From positions 2,345,747 through 2,409,746 of the forward strand of contig OZ243917.1 of the NCBI GenBank assembly GCA_965213815.1: DNA of 64,000 nt, written 5' to 3'. This document shows positions 9,953 through 19,144 of the stretch, one piece after another. Origin of the DNA: Alphaproteobacteria bacterium (lineage in GTDB: Bacteria > Pseudomonadota > Alphaproteobacteria > SP197). Numbering within the stretch: the first letter of the stretch is position 1; every line of letters begins with the position of its first letter. The position numbers and the translations under genes were made by a program. Below the pieces are notes generated by a model. The model had not been told where the DNA came from. It ran no database searches and saw only the letters and a program-made list of their open reading frames with translations.

Positions 9953-10834
9953 TCACTCCTTCGTCACACCAGGACGGATGGCCCGGTAGATGGCGGAGAT
10001 GTCGAGGTCGCCATGTCCGGATGCGGCAAAGCGTGCGAAACGCCGGGCGGCTTCGGCGCCGAAGGGGGTTGTCTGACCTGAGGCCGATGCCGCCTGCTGG
10101 GCGAGGGAGAGGTCCTTGGCCATCAGCCGTGCGGCGAACCCCGGAGCGTAGTCATGGGTGGCCGGCGCGTCGGACGCCAGTCCCGGCACCGGACAACGGT
10201 TATCCAGGATCCAGCTTTGTGCCGCGGCACCGCGGCACAGGTCGAGAAACTTCCCGGCATCGAGATCAAGGGACTCCGCCAGGGCGAATGCCTCGCACAC
10301 ACCCAGCATGGTGATGCCGCAGATCATGTTGTGACAGGCCTTGGCGGCCTGGCCCGACCCGGACTCGCCGAAATGGATGATCCGGCTTCCCATGATCTCG
10401 AGGAGAGGCCGGATCCGGGTAACATGATCCGGGGATCCGCCGACCATGAAACTCAGGGTTCCGTTCCCGGCGCCCTCGGGGCCTCCCGAGACCGGTGCAT
10501 CGACAAACCCGCATCCCGCCGCCACCGCCACCTCGGCAAGACGCCGTGTGGTCGCGACATCGATCGAGGAACAGTCGAGAAAGATGCGATCCTGCCGCTG
10601 TTCAAGGAGGGTTTCGACCACCGAGGCGACGCTGCCGCCATCCGGGAGCATGGTGATCACGGTGCCGGCCCCGCGCGCCGTCTCCTCGAGGGATGCCAGG
10701 GCCAGTCCCTCCCTCGCATCGGCATCGCTGTCCCAACCAGTGACATCGCATCCGGCCGACCCGAGGTGGCGCGCCATGGGACGGCCCATGGTTCCAAGTC
10801 CGATCACGCAGATTGTCTCAGGCATGAGCATCAA
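9953..10834 (-). CDS. NAD(P)-dependent 3-hydroxyisobutyrate dehydrogenase-family oxidoreductase
   Basis: 293 aa; N-terminal ICVIGLGTMGRPMARHL dinucleotide fold, and ...GESGSGQAAKACHNM... is the catalytic Lys region of the HIBADH/6PGDH-like family. Confidence 0.8.
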   Translation of the reverse strand: MMLMPETICVIGLGTMGRPMARHLGSAGCDVTGWDSDADAREGLALASLEETARGAGTVITMLPDGGSVASVVETLLEQRQDRIFLDCSSIDVATTRRLAEVAVAAGCGFVDAPVSGGPEGAGNGTLSFMVGGSPDHVTRIRPLLEIMGSRIIHFGESGSGQAAKACHNMICGITMLGVCEAFALAESLDLDAGKFLDLCRGAAAQSWILDNRCPVPGLASDAPATHDYAPGFAARLMAKDLSLAQQAASASGQTTPFGAEAARRFARFAASGHGDLDISAIYRAIRPGVTKE

Positions 10835-10899
10835 GTCCTCTCAGGCAGGTGGCATTCCGCAGCCGAAAGTACGCGCGGCGCCTTTCACTAAGAACTTAT

Positions 10900-10923
10900 C
10901 GCGAAGAGCGAGCGGTCTTCGCG
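10900..10923 (-). terminator. Candidate stem-loop (8-bp perfect stem cgcgaaga/tcttcgcg, 8-nt loop) 3' of the abiEii-like gene
   Basis: The inverted repeat was read directly. It lies about 125 bp downstream of the AbiEii-like stop, but the trailing sequence is only weakly U-rich on the minus strand. Confidence 0.25.
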
Positions 10924-11046
10924 AAGATAAGTCTAACGTGTCCTCACCGTGCGGGTTTCCGTACCAAGCAGAGGTTATCAAGAAATTCTCAGAGAAAGCT
11001 GACATTACACTCACAGATGCTGGCCGCTCGGTGGCTCGAGATTACC

Positions 11047-12474
11047 TCAGAATCGTGTGTCAACGAGAATTCCGGTCCGGCCCGGACAGGGATAGCCGGA
11101 CTTTCCCTTGTGGGGGTTGAGCCTGGATGTCGTCTTCTTTCGAGTGAAGCGCTTGCCGCAATATGTGCACTCGTAGATGTATCGAGGACCGTCTGGCCAG
11201 GCGACTGACCTGGATCGGCGAGGTGCCGTATGCACTCGCCTGCGCGACAGACTGAGAGATTTCGCCCGGCTCGCGGTCAGTGGAATGACGGGCGGGCCCT
11301 GCGGGGTCAGTTCCACGGCGAAGCGGGGAATGAAGCTCTGCCGGGTCGCTCGAGCGCCCTGCATGCGGTCGATGCGGTAGCTCCGATGCTCACCGTCCGA
11401 GGCTCTTGTGGCATGCAGCACGATATTGTCGTCTCGGGTGCGGCGTAGCGAGTACGGCTCGATCCGCCGGACAGAACCCTGATACTCGAGGTCTACGCAC
11501 AAACGGTTTGCAGCCGCGAAACGGATGATCTCCAGATACGCCTGTACCCTGCCCGGAACCGGAAGGCGCAGGGTACGCTCCCTGATCAGGGTTTCGCCCG
11601 CAGCCAGCCGGTACGTGGCCGGCTCGGCCGGCATCACGCCTGTCTGGAGCCAGGCGAAGAACTCGGGCAGTGCTTCCCAGAAACTCTCGACAGGCGGCAA
11701 CTCCTGGAGCTGGTGGCCCAGCATCGGTTGCCAGGAGCCCTCGATATCGCCTCTGTGTGTCTCCAGCCCCCCGGGCGTCGGAACAGCAAGGGCGCGGTGT
11801 TCGCATTTCTGCTGGAGGACATCAAGCAGCACGGCGGCACGGGGCCGCGCTTCGGCATTGCGATAGAGATTGATCACATCGTACAGATCGCGTGGGCGCG
11901 CGCGGTCGCCGAGGGCGCGCACCTTTTCAGCGAAAGCCTCCTCATAGGCGTAGCACAGAACGGCGATCCCCTCCTCAGGCGCATCGCCGTAGTCGTGGAA
12001 GATGACACGCTCGACCGGCGGCAGGACGAGAAGCTCGTCAGGCGTCAGATCGAGCTTGACGCGCGGGAGACCACCGGAGCGAGGAGCGATCGGCCCCCGG
12101 TAGCTCAACTTGCCTTGACAGGAGACCGTGCCGCGAGGGTTTTCGAAAACGTCGAACTCCTGCAGCTCTTCTGGAAGCTCGATGCCAGTCTGTTCGTAGA
12201 CCCATTCTCCGACGTCACGGAACATGCCCGCTAGGAAGCCGCGGTCGATTTGAGAAGGATCGGTGAGCGTAAAGTCGAGGTCTTCGGAGAAACGATAGGT
12301 CTCGAAATAGCATTTCTTGAGGCAGGTCCCGCCCTTGAATATCCAGCTCTTGGCAAGAGTTCTCTGCCCATAGATCCCGGCAAGAACCCAGCCCAGCACG
12401 TAGTCCTTCTCCACGACATGAGGCAGCAGACCAAAGGTCTCCGCCGTATCGAGGATCTCGCGTCGGTCGATCAT
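11047..12474 (-). CDS. AbiEii/AbiGii-family nucleotidyltransferase toxin (DUF1814) with long C-terminal extension (WYL-like segment + C2HC-type zinc ribbon)
   Basis: N-terminal ~200 aa have all AbiEii hallmarks: ...HVVEKDYVLGWVL..., the hG[GS] motif in IFKGGTCLKKCY, the acidic SEDLDF motif, and EKVRALGDRARPRDLYDV. The protein is 475 aa against the usual ~300. The extra C-terminal part contains ...RRIEPYSL...HATRASDGEHRSYRIDRM..., which is WYL-domain-like, and ends ...YECTYCGKRFTRKKTTSRLNPHKGKSGYPCPG (Cys-x2-Cys...His...Cys, basic-rich). Confidence 0.8.
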   Translation of the reverse strand: MIDRREILDTAETFGLLPHVVEKDYVLGWVLAGIYGQRTLAKSWIFKGGTCLKKCYFETYRFSEDLDFTLTDPSQIDRGFLAGMFRDVGEWVYEQTGIELPEELQEFDVFENPRGTVSCQGKLSYRGPIAPRSGGLPRVKLDLTPDELLVLPPVERVIFHDYGDAPEEGIAVLCYAYEEAFAEKVRALGDRARPRDLYDVINLYRNAEARPRAAVLLDVLQQKCEHRALAVPTPGGLETHRGDIEGSWQPMLGHQLQELPPVESFWEALPEFFAWLQTGVMPAEPATYRLAAGETLIRERTLRLPVPGRVQAYLEIIRFAAANRLCVDLEYQGSVRRIEPYSLRRTRDDNIVLHATRASDGEHRSYRIDRMQGARATRQSFIPRFAVELTPQGPPVIPLTASRAKSLSLSRRRVHTAPRRSRSVAWPDGPRYIYECTYCGKRFTRKKTTSRLNPHKGKSGYPCPGRTGILVDTRF

Positions 12475-13310
12475 GCAGGCACTGCCGGGATCCAGCTCTC
12501 CGGAACAAACAGGCGCCAGCGAGTCACCAGCCGCCGGCAGGGAAGTGCGGGATCGAGCCTGGCATTGCCCTTCGTCAGCCGCTCCCTGCAGGCGTCGAGA
12601 AGAGCGTTGCTGCTGGACTTGCGTTCCGCCAGGAAGCCCAGCCGCTTGAAAATGGCACCGTTGCCGATCCGATGGGCGTAGGCGACCAGCATTTCATCGT
12701 CCCGGTCCCTGCGACCGAAATAGGATGCGAGACAGTCGTCGACATGCTGGATGCCGGCCCCCAACGCAGGGTCGTCCAGCATGTCTATGATGGTGCGGTG
12801 TACGTCCGACACGGCGATCCTGGTCTTGCCACGCCATACATTCCTGGTCCCAAACATCATGTCCGCCCGAACGTGCCGCAGGGTGAATCTGGTGCCATGA
12901 CGCATCTGGTTTCCCGCACGCACCGGCCGCTCCGTCAGTACGACAATGTCGCGAAAAATCTGTTCCGTCAGGTCCCAGTGTTCCGCCGCGGTTCGACCGC
13001 CGATGTAGGCGGGATCGTACAGTGTCGGCACCAGCACCCAGGGGTCGTCGAGTACTTGCTCGCTGAACAGGGAGTCGAGACTGACCGGTGCATAGGCACC
13101 AGAGCCCACGCGGCGTAACCAGCCCTGTCGGCTCCACCGGGACAGCAGTTTGGCGGCAGCGGTACGGCTGACGTCGAGAGCTCGCTCGGCATCGGCGATC
13201 CGGACGATGTCGCCTGCTTCCCGGATCACCGCGGCCAGTCGGCGACGTCCTTCAGGTATGGAGGCCTCTTTGCTCATGTAGGGGTATAGTCTCGCTGCGA
13301 TTATTCGCAT
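12471..13310 (-). CDS. AbiEi-family antitoxin / transcriptional regulator (type IV TA, AbiEi_4-like)
   Basis: The N-terminal winged-HTH signature ...AGDIVRIADAERALDVSRTAAAKLLSRWSRQGWLRRVGSGAY... is the AbiEi_4 domain. Its stop overlaps the AbiEii ATG by 4 bp (ATGA). The exact start is uncertain (MRIIA at 13310 or MSKEAS at 13277). Confidence 0.8.
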   Translation of the reverse strand: MRIIAARLYPYMSKEASIPEGRRRLAAVIREAGDIVRIADAERALDVSRTAAAKLLSRWSRQGWLRRVGSGAYAPVSLDSLFSEQVLDDPWVLVPTLYDPAYIGGRTAAEHWDLTEQIFRDIVVLTERPVRAGNQMRHGTRFTLRHVRADMMFGTRNVWRGKTRIAVSDVHRTIIDMLDDPALGAGIQHVDDCLASYFGRRDRDDEMLVAYAHRIGNGAIFKRLGFLAERKSSSNALLDACRERLTKGNARLDPALPCRRLVTRWRLFVPESWIPAVPA

Positions 13311-13330
13311 TTCCCGGGAATTTCAACCGT

Positions 13331-13413
13331 ATTATTGCACTAAATTCGGACTCGTGCAAGGAACTAGTGTGTCCGCGCTGCAGTACTTCGCGCTTTATGC
13401 GATTTATTGCATT
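13331..13413 (-). promoter_or_regulatory. Putative abiEi promoter/operator region with repeated TTATTGCA(C/T)T motif
   Basis: Two copies of (a/t)TTATTGCA(c/t)T sit at 13331-13341 and 13403-13413, in a lower-GC stretch immediately upstream of the abiEi start. AbiEi proteins are known autorepressors that bind repeats in their own promoter. Confidence 0.3.
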
Positions 13414-13798
13414 CACGATATACTTCCACACCTGTCAGCCAGCCTCATGCCTGCTTGCCGCGAAACCGGCTTGCCACCTCGCTGTCCCCTGCTGGCGGAT
13501 TCAGCCAAGTGTCCATCTGAAACGAAGTGACTACTCGCGAAGTACCCACTACATGGACGCTCAACCTGTCCTGGTTCCGGATCGTGCGGTGTGATCATGG
13601 TTCAGGTTCTTCGAGCGAGAGCGTCCTACCCGCCGGCCTGTCTCCTCGATCTGAGGAGACCCCGGTCGTTCGCACGAACTCTCGTTGCTGGCCGCCCGGC
13701 ATGGGAGGGATCTGTCTGCTATACTGCGCCGCTCGATCCCGGATTGCACAAGCATGCCATGACCGGGAACATCCAGAGAGCGGGAGCACAGGTTTCAC

Positions 13799-14536
13799 AT
13801 GACGAAACCAGGGGACACCGCACCGCTTGTCCTGTTTTCCGCATCGAGGGAGCGCGCCTGTCCCTACCTGCCTGATCGCGAGGAGCGGATGGTGCTGACA
13901 GACCTCCAGGCAGCCCGCGAACCGGGTCGGCTCCATGACATCCTGAGTCAGGCCGGATTCCGCCGCTCCCACCAGGTGGCCTACCGGCCGACGTGTGTCG
14001 GCTGCAATGCCTGTGTGCCCGTCAGGATACCGGTCGCGGACTATCGGGCATCACGCAGCCACCGCCGCATCCTGCGGCGCAACCGGGATCTCGCGGTCAG
14101 CGTTGTCGCGCCGAAAGCCACACCTGAGTACCATGGGCTCTTCCGCCGCTACATCGAGGCACGCCACCAGGGAGGCGGCATGGCGGCGATGGACTACGGC
14201 GACTTCAGGCAGATGGTCTGCGACACACCTGTCGACACCCGCCTCGTCGAGGCGCGCACCGCCGACGGTGTCCTCGTCGCCTTGTCGCTCACCGACTGGA
14301 TGGAGAACGGGCTTTCAGGAGTCTACAAGTGCTTCGATCCCGATCTGGCGCGCCGCAGCCTCGGCACCTGGCTCATTCTCTGGCACATCACCCATGCCCG
14401 TCGGACAGGTCGTGCCCATGTCTACCTGGGCTACTGGATCGCCGGCAGCGACACCATGTCCTACAAGGGACACTTGCGCCCGCTGCAGGCCCTGACCGAC
14501 GAGGGCTGGACCGATCTCCCGCCAAGGTCCGGCTGA
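13799..14536 (+). CDS. bpt: Aspartate/glutamate leucyltransferase (arginyl-tRNA-protein transferase-like, Bpt)
   Basis: 245 aa; N-terminal ...CPYLPDREERM... and the Cys cluster ...CVGCNACVPVRIPV... are characteristic of bacterial Bpt (ATE1-like N-end-rule transferase). Confidence 0.75.
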   Translation: MTKPGDTAPLVLFSASRERACPYLPDREERMVLTDLQAAREPGRLHDILSQAGFRRSHQVAYRPTCVGCNACVPVRIPVADYRASRSHRRILRRNRDLAVSVVAPKATPEYHGLFRRYIEARHQGGGMAAMDYGDFRQMVCDTPVDTRLVEARTADGVLVALSLTDWMENGLSGVYKCFDPDLARRSLGTWLILWHITHARRTGRAHVYLGYWIAGSDTMSYKGHLRPLQALTDEGWTDLPPRSG

Positions 14537-14600
14537 CCGCGACGTCACCGAGATCCGGGATCGGGCATTGATGACATGCGTGCATCCGGAAGGGAGCTGA

Positions 14601-16955
14601 TCAGTGTTCGGGCAGGAGTTCCGGGAGGAAGGTCGTGATGTCGGGGATGAACCACATCAGCGCCAGTGCGACGATCTGGATGATGACGAAGGGCACCACG
14701 CCCCTGTAGATCTGGCCCGTGGTGATGCCCGGCGGCGCCACGCCGCGCAGGTAGAAGAGCGCAAATCCGAAGGGCGGCGTCAGGAACGATGTCTGCAGGT
14801 TGACGGCGATCATGATCGTCACCCACTTGGGATCGAGTGTGCCGCCGTAGATCACCGGTCCGACAATGGGAATGACGATGTAGATGATTTCCAGGAAATC
14901 AAGGACAAACCCCAGGACAAAGAGAACGGCCATGACCACCAGGAAGACGACCATCTCGTCATCGAAGGAGCGCAGGAACTCCTGGATGTGCTCTTCGCCA
15001 CCATAGGAAATGACCACGAGGTTGAGCATCTGTGAACCGATCAGGATGGCGAACACCATCGCCGTCACCTTCGCCGTGTCGCGCACCACGGACCTTAGAA
15101 TCCCCTCTCGGTAGAGAATGACACAGGAATAGATCAGCCCGCCGAAGGCAACGTGGTAGGCAACGATGGAGACTATGAAGGCCACCCAGTTCTCGAAGCC
15201 GACCACCTCAATCGATGTTCTGAGATCGAAGTTGATGCCCACGAGCAGGAAGACCACAACGGCCCACGCCGACATGATGATGATCCTGCCCTTGCGGCGC
15301 TCCTTGCGTTCGGAGAGCCGCCGGTAGGCCGACAGCATGAGGGCGCCCGATGCTCCGAGACCGGCGGCGGCGGTCGGGCTCGTCACACCGCCGAGAATCG
15401 AGCCGAGCACGGCCACAATGAGAACGAGAGGCGGAAACACGACGCGCAGGATCTCGACCTCGGCGAGGCGGGGCAGGGCATGACGCAGCCCATGGAGCAC
15501 GGCAACGATCGGCAGTGCCAGGATGAGCCAGGCGGTTCCGGTGCTCATCACCGGCGTCACGAGCCAGGCATCGGCCGCCAGCGTGGCGGCAATCCCGCCG
15601 ACACCAATGAGAAGGGGCCGCCGGGAGGCGGACGGCGCGACACCCCAGGAGATCGACATGACGAGGCCCAGGAAGACGAGGCCGACCAGCAGTTTCTCGG
15701 AAACCGGAGGCAGGAAGTCGATCGCTTCGGCCTCCAGAGCATCGAGTTCCTCGTCGGTCGGCGCAACAAACTCGGCCGCCGCCCCGATTTCCGCCATGGC
15801 AAGCGACCGATCCCACTTTTCCTGCCCGTGGAGCTCGATCATGGAGTCCTTGCAGTCGTCGGGAACATTGGTGCGCAGTTCCGGCGATTCGGGCCGCTCG
15901 ACGAGAGCCAGCCGATCGACGGTCTGCGGACCGGCAAGGCCGGCCGTCACCATGCCTCCTGCCAGGGCGATCACCAGACCCGGGACGGCGAGGAACCAGA
16001 AGAGGCGATGGTTGAGCGTGGCGCCCTCGTCCGTCAGGCCGGCGGAGGTGACGCGAACGGGAGGCGCCTTGGAGGGACGCACCAGGGCATAGCAAAACAC
16101 ATAGGCCGCATAGATGAACGCCAGCAGCAGTCCGGGCACGATCGCCGCCTTGAAGAGTGTGCCCACGGAGACCACGGCCGCCTCGCCAAGATAGGTGAGA
16201 GCATCGCGGCACCCGGCCGTGATCGCGCGTTCTTCCTGGGCCGTCGAGTAGAGATCGCCGGCAAGGGTCCCGAGGAGAACGATCACGATCGATGGCGGGA
16301 TGATCTGCCCCAGGGTGCCGGATGCCGAAATCACGCCGGTCGCCAGCTCAGGCGAATACTGGTTGCGCAGCATGGTCGGCAGGGACAGCAGCCCCATGGT
16401 GACGACGGTGGCGCCGACAATGCCGGTCGAGGCAGCGAGAAAGGCGCCCACCACCACCACCGAGACTGCCAACCCGCCCGGCAGGGCGCCGAAGACACGG
16501 GCCATGGAGGTGAGCAGGTCCTGGGCAATCCGCGAACGCTCCAGGGAAATGCCCATGAGGATGAACATGGCGACGGCCAGAAGCAGTTCGATGGAGGGGC
16601 CGGCGAGCACCCGCTCGTTCATCCGGTTGACGATGAAGGTCAGGATGCGGAAGAAGGCGCCATCCACGCCATTCTCGAAGACGGGAACTGTCAGCGTCGG
16701 CAGTTCGGGATACCTGAAAAGGGTGATGGCGTGTTCCTTGACGCCCGAGCCGACGAGTGCCGCATAGTCGTCGCTGCGATTGTCGATGATCTCCTTGACC
16801 AGGAGGCCGGATTCACTCAGGCCGGCGATGATGGCAAAGGCGACAAGGGCGGATCCGCCGATGGCGAAGGCCACGGGATAGCCGGACAGTATTCCGGCAA
16901 ACAGGCACACCAGGGTAATGAGGAGCCCGACCTCGACACCGTCAAATCCGAACAT
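14601..16955 (-). CDS. TRAP transporter large permease (DctM family) with large hydrophilic insertions
   Basis: DctM-like blocks are present (...GTLGQIIPPSIVIVLLG..., ...VTSPTAAAGLGASGALMLSAYRRLS...). At 784 aa it is far longer than the usual DctM of about 430 aa, with about 150 aa of acidic soluble loop (...ERPESPELRTNVPDDCKDSMIELHGQEKWDRS...EELDALEAEAIDF...). Confidence 0.7.
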   Translation of the reverse strand: MFGFDGVEVGLLITLVCLFAGILSGYPVAFAIGGSALVAFAIIAGLSESGLLVKEIIDNRSDDYAALVGSGVKEHAITLFRYPELPTLTVPVFENGVDGAFFRILTFIVNRMNERVLAGPSIELLLAVAMFILMGISLERSRIAQDLLTSMARVFGALPGGLAVSVVVVGAFLAASTGIVGATVVTMGLLSLPTMLRNQYSPELATGVISASGTLGQIIPPSIVIVLLGTLAGDLYSTAQEERAITAGCRDALTYLGEAAVVSVGTLFKAAIVPGLLLAFIYAAYVFCYALVRPSKAPPVRVTSAGLTDEGATLNHRLFWFLAVPGLVIALAGGMVTAGLAGPQTVDRLALVERPESPELRTNVPDDCKDSMIELHGQEKWDRSLAMAEIGAAAEFVAPTDEELDALEAEAIDFLPPVSEKLLVGLVFLGLVMSISWGVAPSASRRPLLIGVGGIAATLAADAWLVTPVMSTGTAWLILALPIVAVLHGLRHALPRLAEVEILRVVFPPLVLIVAVLGSILGGVTSPTAAAGLGASGALMLSAYRRLSERKERRKGRIIIMSAWAVVVFLLVGINFDLRTSIEVVGFENWVAFIVSIVAYHVAFGGLIYSCVILYREGILRSVVRDTAKVTAMVFAILIGSQMLNLVVISYGGEEHIQEFLRSFDDEMVVFLVVMAVLFVLGFVLDFLEIIYIVIPIVGPVIYGGTLDPKWVTIMIAVNLQTSFLTPPFGFALFYLRGVAPPGITTGQIYRGVVPFVIIQIVALALMWFIPDITTFLPELLPEH

Positions 16956-17863
16956 CAGGCGCCGGCCTCCGTGCTCCGGGCCGGCTTCTCGGGCACGATG
17001 TCGGGGACGGTATCAAGATCCTTGTAGCGGTTGGCTGACGCCTCCCCTTCCCTGAACTCCAGCAGGCTGCGGTAGAAGTGCCCCAGCCCCTGGAGGAACA
17101 TCAGACCGGCAAACGACACCAGCAGGACCTTGAAGAGAAAGTAGGCGTCGAAGCCGTTTGGCGAGAATCCGATGGTCTCGACATTCCACCGCAGCAGCTG
17201 CGCCTTGCGCTCGAGGAGTTCGAGGGTGTCAAGCGCCGAGACCTTCGGCGTGATGAGATGACGCCACAGGAAGAACCAGCCGAAGAGCCACACGACGCCA
17301 CAGAACGGCATCACGAAAAAGACCGAACCGAACATGTCCAGCAGCCGCTTCGTGCGGAAGGACACGGAAGCATAGACGAGATCGACCCGCACATGACCGC
17401 CCTGGACGAACGTGTAGGCCGCGCACAGGGCCACGATCGTCGCGTTGTAGAGCTTGAGCTCCTCGCTGAACCAGCTGAGATCCCTGGTAAACACGACACC
17501 GAACGGACCCACGGTGATCTCCGAAACGAGGAAGATGCGCTGCAGGGCGATGATCATGATCTGCTGGATGACCATGATGAGAACCGCCCACGCGGCAATG
17601 CGGCCGACGAGATTGGAGAGCCCCTCGATGGCGCGCACCACGAGCCACAGGAATCCAGGTTTCAGGAGTCCGATGACCAGGATGATGAGGGCCAGGTCGA
17701 TGATGACGAACAGGAACTCGAGGGAGGCGCCGAAGTAGACGATCCTGACCAGTCCCGCACTCTCGGAGGGGTCAGGCCACGCCCCGGGCTCGATCAACAG
17801 ATGAAAGAGATTGGCCAGCCCGTCGAGAAGATGGCTCAGGGGCCAGAGAATGACGTCCGGCAT
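16955..17863 (-). CDS. TRAP transporter small permease (DctQ-like), enlarged
   Basis: 302 aa multi-TM protein immediately upstream of the DctM-like gene with a 1-bp overlap. Hydrophobic segments are interspersed with charged loops. It is assigned by position and hydropathy. Confidence 0.55.
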   Translation of the reverse strand: MPDVILWPLSHLLDGLANLFHLLIEPGAWPDPSESAGLVRIVYFGASLEFLFVIIDLALIILVIGLLKPGFLWLVVRAIEGLSNLVGRIAAWAVLIMVIQQIMIIALQRIFLVSEITVGPFGVVFTRDLSWFSEELKLYNATIVALCAAYTFVQGGHVRVDLVYASVSFRTKRLLDMFGSVFFVMPFCGVVWLFGWFFLWRHLITPKVSALDTLELLERKAQLLRWNVETIGFSPNGFDAYFLFKVLLVSFAGLMFLQGLGHFYRSLLEFREGEASANRYKDLDTVPDIVPEKPARSTEAGA

Positions 17864-17919
17864 GTATTGCGCACAAGGGCCGGCGCCCGCATCTCATCGC
17901 GATGCGGGCGCCGTGGAGA

Positions 17920-19014
17920 TCAGATGCCCATGACGCGGTTGCGCTGCTCCGCGTAGGCACTCGACGACAGCGCATTCCAGCTCGCCGACTTGACGAGCGA
18001 GTCGCGATAGGAGTCGTAGATCGTCTTGAACAGCGGGTCGGCCATGTTTTCCGCATAGACTTTCTCGGAGGCCACGCCGAAGGCGTCCCAGACACTCTCG
18101 GGGAAGGAGAAGGTCTGCACACCCGAGGCGATGAGCCTCTGGAGTGCAGCCGAGTTGTTGGCGAGGAACTGTGAGAGATTCCACACGTTGGCCTCGCCCG
18201 CCGCACATTCGATGATCTTCTGCTCGGATGGTGACAGTCCATCGAAGACGTCCCGGTTGACGGCAAGCGAGAGGCCCGGACCCGGCTCATGGAAACCGGA
18301 GGTATAGTAGATCTTCGTGATCTCGAAGAATCCGGCCTTCTCGTCGGCCCACGGACCAATCCACTCGGTACCGTCGATCTCGCCCTTGGAGAGCGCGTTG
18401 TAGACCTCGGCCCCGGGAATGTTCTGGACGGAGGCGCCGAGTTCGCCGAGCGCCTTGCCGCCGAGGCCGGGCATGCGGAATCGCAGGCCCTCGAAGTCAT
18501 CGGGGCCGTTGATCTCCTTGTGGAACCAGCCACCTGCCTGAGATCCGGTATTGCCGGCAAGGAAGGTCTTCAGGTTGAAGATCGAGGTCAGATCGTCCTG
18601 CAGTTCCCGGCCGCCCATGTGGTAGTACCAGTTGTTCAGTTCCTCGGCCGTCATGCCGAAGGGAACCGATGTGTAGAAGGCGAAGGCCGGATGCTGACCG
18701 ACGAAGTAGTAGTCGGCAGCGTGATAGATGTCAGCCTGCCCGGACGACACGGCATCGAAGCACTCGAAGGCGCCAACGAGTTCGCCCGCCGCCTTGAAGT
18801 CGATTTCGATCATGCCATCGGACATGGCGGTGATGTTGTTCGCACAACGCTCTGCGGCATCATGGACGCCGGCGAGGCCGCGTCCCCACGATGTCACCAT
18901 GGTCAGGGTCTTGCGGCCCTGCGAAATGGCCGGTGTCGGAAACGCTGTGGCCACCGAGCCCGCGGCGCCTGCCGCAGCGATACCGGTGCCAGCCAGGAAC
19001 TTGCGTCTGTTCAT
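17920..19014 (-). CDS. TRAP transporter substrate-binding protein (DctP family) with Tat signal
   Basis: 364 aa; twin-arginine signal MNRRKFLAGTGIAAAGAAG. The mature part (...TMVTSWGRGLAGV...FRMPGLGGKALGELGASVQNIPGAEVYNALSKGEIDGTEW...) matches DctP-type TRAP SBPs. Confidence 0.8.
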   Translation of the reverse strand: MNRRKFLAGTGIAAAGAAGSVATAFPTPAISQGRKTLTMVTSWGRGLAGVHDAAERCANNITAMSDGMIEIDFKAAGELVGAFECFDAVSSGQADIYHAADYYFVGQHPAFAFYTSVPFGMTAEELNNWYYHMGGRELQDDLTSIFNLKTFLAGNTGSQAGGWFHKEINGPDDFEGLRFRMPGLGGKALGELGASVQNIPGAEVYNALSKGEIDGTEWIGPWADEKAGFFEITKIYYTSGFHEPGPGLSLAVNRDVFDGLSPSEQKIIECAAGEANVWNLSQFLANNSAALQRLIASGVQTFSFPESVWDAFGVASEKVYAENMADPLFKTIYDSYRDSLVKSASWNALSSSAYAEQRNRVMGI

Positions 19015-19144
19015 GGTACTTCTTCTCCCGATTCTTCAAGGTTCCACATGACACGGCAACTGGACCCGTCCCGAGGGACAGCCGTTGCTCTCCTGAGCGG
19101 CATTATGCACACCGTTGAGACACATGCACGACCTGCCTCGCCCT

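Noticed and set aside
15153-17027. 624-aa plus-strand ORF and several 60-330-aa ORFs overlapping the TRAP DctM/DctQ genes
   Set aside because: These are His/Asp/Gly/Arg-rich low-complexity antisense translations of membrane-protein genes. The minus-strand frames carry the genuine DctM/DctQ hydrophobic architecture.
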